Part shown: positions 60,075 to 64,000 of the stretch, piece after piece | Numbering within the stretch: position 1 is the first letter of the stretch | Layout of the letters: each line of letters opens with the position of its first letter | Assembly: GCA_963805625.1 (NCBI GenBank) | Contig: CAWDVE010000010.1 | Location: 448,001-512,000, forward strand | DNA length: 64,000 bases | Direction of reading: 5' to 3' | Source: an uncultured Candidatus Rokubacteria bacterium | Lineage (GTDB): Bacteria; Methylomirabilota; Methylomirabilia; Rokubacteriales; DASRDR01 | Program-made: the position numbers and the translations under genes | The notes under the pieces: model-generated | Told to the model about the DNA's origin: nothing | What the model saw: only the letters and a program-made list of their open reading frames with translations | Database searches by the model: none

Positions 60075-60293
60075 GGGTCGGACACCGGCAAGTCGAGCCG
60101 GCGCACGGCGGGCGCCAGCCGCTCGAACCGCTTTCCCGGGTAGTTGCGGCGCGTGTACTCGACCAGCGCCGTCACGAACTCCTTCGCATAGGGAGGCAGG
60201 AACCGGCTGAGAGACGTTCAGACGGGTCGCCGCCCGTGAGAAGCTGAGCGCCTCGGCGACGCCTACGAAGTAGCGGAGATGCCTGAGCTCCAT
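60075..60293 (-). pseudogene. Internally deleted LysR regulator
   Basis: 'MELRHLRYFVGVAEALSFSRAATRLNVSQP' joined out of frame to a C-terminal-like helix 'RFLPPYAKEFVTALVEYTRRNYPG'. Confidence 0.75.
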
Positions 60294-60416
60294 CGGGCGA
60301 GATCCATGCCGGTCCGCTATACATAGCAGAACTTCTTGGCATTGGACAGCATGGAAGGTCGGGCGCTGATATGGGACCGTCCCCGGCGGCGGCCGGGGGA
60401 CCGGAGGGAGGGGCGC

Positions 60417-60983
60417 ATGGCAGAGGGCGGGTACAACCTGGTCGAGTTCGTCAGACATCTCCGGACCATCGCAACCGAGACCCGGGATCCCGGCGAGATC
60501 ACGCAGCGCCTGCAGCCGCTGGTCCGGGTGCTCGCGCTGGACCGGACGTGGCTAGAGCCGAAGCACTACACCGGCGACGACACACAGGGGTTCGGGGTGC
60601 ACGTTCTCCACGAGGAGCCCGATCACACCCTCCTGGTTTTCGCCGCGGCTTGGTTGCCCGGGCGCGGCGCCCGTCCGCACAACCACGGCACCTGGGCCGT
60701 CGTGGCGGGCGTGGATGGGCCGGAGCGAAACATCTTCTGGCAGCGCATGGACGACGGCTCACGGCCGGGCTACGCGAAGATCCGCAAGCAGGCTGAAAAG
60801 GTGTTCGGTCCGGGGGACGTCCTCGCCCTCCTGCCCGATGCGATTCACAGTGTCGTGAACGAGAGCGGCCAGGTCACAGTGTCCCTCCACGTCTACGGCT
60901 ACAACCTCAACCTGGCCAAGCGCTCCGAGTTCGATCCTGAGCATGACGTGGAGCGACCCGTGCGGCTGAGGATGGAGTCCTGA
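60417..60983 (+). CDS. Cysteine/thiol dioxygenase-family cupin
   Basis: 'W.PG....PHNHGTWAVV....G.E.N', 'IHSV.N', 'SLHVYG'; GGAGG RBS. Confidence 0.82.
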   Translation: MAEGGYNLVEFVRHLRTIATETRDPGEITQRLQPLVRVLALDRTWLEPKHYTGDDTQGFGVHVLHEEPDHTLLVFAAAWLPGRGARPHNHGTWAVVAGVDGPERNIFWQRMDDGSRPGYAKIRKQAEKVFGPGDVLALLPDAIHSVVNESGQVTVSLHVYGYNLNLAKRSEFDPEHDVERPVRLRMES

Positions 60984-61080
60984 CGCCGGCCGGAGGCAAC
61001 GCCGCAACACGGGTGGTGCGTGGGGGGGTCTAGATCAATCGACCGAGCGCGGAGGGGGGGTGCCCCCAGGAGGACTGGCC

Positions 61081-61509
61081 ATGAAGCGAATCGGTAGGGC
61101 TTTCGTCTTGACCCTGATCGTGGGGATCGCCTACGGGCTGGTCGGAGCGCAGGCTCTGACTGCGCAGGAGGCGCCCGTGACGCGCCAAGTCCTGGAGAAG
61201 GTCGATTTCGGCGACAAGGAAGGAATCCTCTACGTGGCCGAGTTCGCCCCGCGGGGATCTACGGGGCGGCACTTTCACTCCGGGCCGGAAACGGTCTACG
61301 TCGTACAGGGCTCCGGGACCCTCGAGATGGACGGCCATCCACCAAGGGCATTCAAGGCGGGCGAGTCCTTCTCAATCCCCGCGAAGCACGTTCACGAGGC
61401 CAAGAACGCCAGCGACTCCGACCAGTGGAAGCTGGTCGTCTTCCTCTCGGGTGAAAAGGGTCAGCCCATCGTGACGGCGGTGACGCAGCCGTACTTCTGG
61501 GAGCCATAG
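61081..61509 (+). CDS. Exported cupin-domain protein
   Basis: Signal peptide; 'GRHFHSGPE..YVVQG', 'GESF.IP..HVHEAKN'; AGGAGG RBS. Confidence 0.85.
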   Translation: MKRIGRAFVLTLIVGIAYGLVGAQALTAQEAPVTRQVLEKVDFGDKEGILYVAEFAPRGSTGRHFHSGPETVYVVQGSGTLEMDGHPPRAFKAGESFSIPAKHVHEAKNASDSDQWKLVVFLSGEKGQPIVTAVTQPYFWEP

Positions 61510-61532
61510 GGCTCACGTGGCGCTCTCGCCTC

Positions 61533-62006
61533 TCAGCCTCGCCGGCGGGTCCACGCTTGCCCGATAAGGTGATCGAGCGAGATCGCGCCCGGCCCCCGCG
61601 TCAGCAGGAACAGGAGGATGGAACCCCAGACGAGATGCTCGGGCCAGGCGTCCGGGTACACGAATAGCTGGATCGTCGCGATCATTCCGAGGAGCGGGAG
61701 CGTGGCCAGGCGGGTGCCGAGCCCGAGGATGAGCAGCGTGGAGCAGCCGAGCTCGAACGTGGTCGCGAATGTGGCCGCGAGCTCGGCTGGAAAGACCGGT
61801 ACCCGATACTCGTCCCGGAACAGGGCGACCGTCGACTCCCAGCTCGACGCTTTCGTCATGCCCGCCCTCATGAAGACGCTGGCCATTCCCAGACGGAACA
61901 GCAGCTGGTGGATCGAGAGCGGCACCCGCGCCAGCCAGTCGAGCCAGCGGGTCACGCCGGCGCGGGGGTGCGCGCCCATCTCCTCGTACATCGCCGTCGT
62001 CCTCAT
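61533..62006 (-). CDS. DoxX-family membrane protein (BufD-like)
   Basis: 'F..AG..K', 'LF..EY.VP', 'E.....LL.LGLGTR', 'VYPDAW.EH..W', 'GPG..SLD'. Confidence 0.88.
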   Translation of the reverse strand: MRTTAMYEEMGAHPRAGVTRWLDWLARVPLSIHQLLFRLGMASVFMRAGMTKASSWESTVALFRDEYRVPVFPAELAATFATTFELGCSTLLILGLGTRLATLPLLGMIATIQLFVYPDAWPEHLVWGSILLFLLTRGPGAISLDHLIGQAWTRRRG

Positions 62007-62806
62007 CGCGAGTCTCCTTCCTGAGGCGCCTCGGGGACGAGCGTGAAGCCGGTTAAGAGCCCCTCTCCGAGCAGTGCCCGGAGGGCCGTCGTCATGTCGA
62101 ACCCGGGGTCTGCGGCGAGGGATAGGTCCGCGGCCATCTCGAGCGTCAGGCCCTGGCCGAGCGCCGCCCGGAACGCGAACTCCGCAGCGTCGAGGCGTCT
62201 CAGGGTGACGCCGTCATCCTGACGGCGAGTTTCCAGCATCACCCCACCCGCGGCGAGGTCCACGGTGGCGTCCGGGTCGGCCTCGGCTTGGTTTGCCTTC
62301 CAGATGCGATCGACCGGCCAGCGTGATCGGAGCCAGGTCGCGGACGGCTCGAACCGGAAGATGAGACGTCCCACGTCATCCGTGGGCACCGCCCCCAGCG
62401 CGGCCGGATCGATCGGGGCGGCCTCCTCCGCGTGCAGGGCGGCGTTCATCGCCCACTCCAGCCGGGCGACGTCGGCCAGGTACGGGTTCCCAGCACACGG
62501 GGGGAATGTCGCGAGGAAGTCGGGGAAGGTCGCGCCGTACTCGAACAGGCAGGGGCCCTCGGGCGGGTGGCGTCGAATGTAGCGGTTCGCCGCGAAGCCG
62601 AAGAACCGTCGATCCACGAGGCGGCAGACCACGGGATAGGTTGCCTCGAGCGCTTCCGTGAGGCTCGAGAAGACGTGGTTCCAGTAGACCTGGACTCGCG
62701 CGACGGGGGTCAGGCCATCCCCGACGATCAGACTCGCGACCCCGTGCGCGTCCTCCCGGAGGATGGCGGCCGCGAAGCCAGCCTGGAGGTCAGGCAGCGT
62801 CCGCAT
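62003..62806 (-). CDS. DUF2063 partner protein (BufC/HvfC-like)
   Basis: 'L..LQ..FA.A', 'VY.N', 'L..TYP....LV', 'YG..FP.FL', 'YLADVARLEWA'. Confidence 0.88.
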   Translation of the reverse strand: MRTLPDLQAGFAAAILREDAHGVASLIVGDGLTPVARVQVYWNHVFSSLTEALEATYPVVCRLVDRRFFGFAANRYIRRHPPEGPCLFEYGATFPDFLATFPPCAGNPYLADVARLEWAMNAALHAEEAAPIDPAALGAVPTDDVGRLIFRFEPSATWLRSRWPVDRIWKANQAEADPDATVDLAAGGVMLETRRQDDGVTLRRLDAAEFAFRAALGQGLTLEMAADLSLAADPGFDMTTALRALLGEGLLTGFTLVPEAPQEGDSR

Positions 62807-63665
62807 TGCTCATCCTGTCCAGGAGCCGCGCATCGGCCCGTCGGGCCTCCCCGAGTAGGACCTCGAGCGGCGGAATGTCTGTGTCCCACTCGACAAGCGT
62901 CGGCAGCGCGCCGAAGCGGCGAAGCGCGTGCTCGTAGAGCTCCCACACCGCCGGGGTGACCGGCGAGCCGTGGTCGTCGATGAGGAGCTTCTGACCGTCC
63001 GCGTCGTTCACCGAGTGCCCTGCAAGGTGGATCTCCGCCACCGCGCTGCGCGGGAGGGCGTCGAGGTACGCGAGGGGATCGAGGCCGAGATTCTGCGCCG
63101 TCACGTGGACGTTGTTGACGTCGCAAAGGAGCCCGCATCCGGTCCGGCGAGCGAGCTCCGCCAGGAAGTCGGCCTCGGGAATCGTCGAGGCCGCGAACCG
63201 AAGGTAGCCGGAGGGGTTCTCGATCAGGACGCGCCGACCCAGGGTCGCCTGGACCTCGTCGACGTTCCGGCAGACCGCCCCAAGCGACTCCTCCGTGTAG
63301 GGCAGCGGAAGCAGATGGTTCAGATACGCGCCCCCGGTTCGGCTCCACGCGAGGTGCTCCGACACGAGGGCAGGCTGGAATCGGTCCACGAGACTCTTGA
63401 GCCGCCCCAGATGCCGCCGGTCCACCCCGTCGGCGCTTCCGACCGAGAGCCCGACCGCGTGGAACGACAGCGGGTACTCCTGACGGACCGCGAGGAGGGC
63501 GCGTACCGCCGGCCCCCCGCCGAGGTAGTTCTCCGGATGGACCTCCAGCCAGGGAAGCGCGGGACGGGTGGCGAGCACCTCGGCGATGTGCGGGCTCCGA
63601 AGCCCGATCCCGGCCCGCGCCGGGAGGCCAGGCCCGGAGGCGGCCGCCGCGGCCACGCCACCCAT
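62790..63665 (-). CDS. DUF692 multinuclear non-heme iron oxidase (MNIO, BufB-like)
   Basis: 'GIGLR..H', 'EVHPENY', 'VSEHLAW', 'LLPLPYT', 'IENPS', 'DVNNV', 'EIHLAGH', 'IDDHG', 'EWD..IP'. Confidence 0.93.
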   Translation of the reverse strand: MGGVAAAAASGPGLPARAGIGLRSPHIAEVLATRPALPWLEVHPENYLGGGPAVRALLAVRQEYPLSFHAVGLSVGSADGVDRRHLGRLKSLVDRFQPALVSEHLAWSRTGGAYLNHLLPLPYTEESLGAVCRNVDEVQATLGRRVLIENPSGYLRFAASTIPEADFLAELARRTGCGLLCDVNNVHVTAQNLGLDPLAYLDALPRSAVAEIHLAGHSVNDADGQKLLIDDHGSPVTPAVWELYEHALRRFGALPTLVEWDTDIPPLEVLLGEARRADARLLDRMSNADAA

Positions 63666-63688
63666 CCGCAGCGCTCCGACCTGACTCC

Positions 63689-63952
63689 CTAGGCTCTGGG
63701 CTGCGTGCTGCCGTTGACGAGGCGCTCGCACGTCCCCTTGGGGACGTAGACCCACGCATCCCGCTGACCGTCCCGCTTCGATGTCCCCGCGCACGAGGAG
63801 TTGGCGGTTTGGCAGTCGTTCTTGCCCGCCTTGGTGATGCCGTAGCACTTCTCGGCCTCGAACTTCGGTGCCGGCGCCGGCTGGGCCCCGGTGACGGCGG
63901 GGACCGCGATCGCCGCGGCGATGGCTGAGGCGAGGAACAGATGGGTCTTCAT
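63689..63952 (-). CDS. DUF2282 bufferin-type precursor peptide (BufA1-like)
   Basis: Signal peptide then four Cys: 'EKCYGI.KAGKNDC......CAG.....W.YVPKGTC'; GGAGG RBS. Confidence 0.92.
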   Translation of the reverse strand: MKTHLFLASAIAAAIAVPAVTGAQPAPAPKFEAEKCYGITKAGKNDCQTANSSCAGTSKRDGQRDAWVYVPKGTCERLVNGSTQPRA

Positions 63953-64000
63953 CAGGTCATCCTCCTTCCAACGGATCAAGGGTGTGTACGTGCTCCGCTC

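Noticed and set aside
63953-64000. ECF sigma promoter for the bufferin operon
   Set aside because: Only a possible CGTA -10 is visible; the -35 would lie outside the window

Overview
High-GC (~70% by eye) bacterial chromosomal segment, densely coding (~65 genes). Gene style is compatible with a Rokubacteria/Methylomirabilota-like organism, but taxonomy cannot be shown from sequence alone. Left to right: an RND/TolC/MacAB-like efflux locus; nth and a GH99-like hydrolase; a long minus-strand run (heterodimeric ABC exporter, ATL, YbaK, UPF0282 MBL hydrolase, a peroxiredoxin with an in-frame UGA at the catalytic position = probable selenoprotein, nfo, methyltransferase, hydrolases, Nudix, SDR, amidohydrolase); suhB-DUF2889; TIGR02757, rmuC, an orphan GroES-like gene, M20 peptidase and a long MEMO-family protein; nadX, trxB, csp; a two-gene (split) MetE; glcDEF-like and korAB genes facing gltBD across a LysR gene; ChdC-like and radical SAM genes; an IS1202-like element with 16-bp direct repeats; collapsed rtcB and lysR remnants; pilT; a copper-type operon centred on a CopD-cytochrome c-redoxin fusion; and a bufferin-type RiPP cluster (DUF2282-DUF692-DUF2063-DoxX). 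About ten genes have a -10-like hexamer 6-9 nt before the start codon, suggesting frequent leaderless translation. No rRNA, tRNA or CRISPR array was recognised. All family calls come from motif recognition by eye, not database searches.
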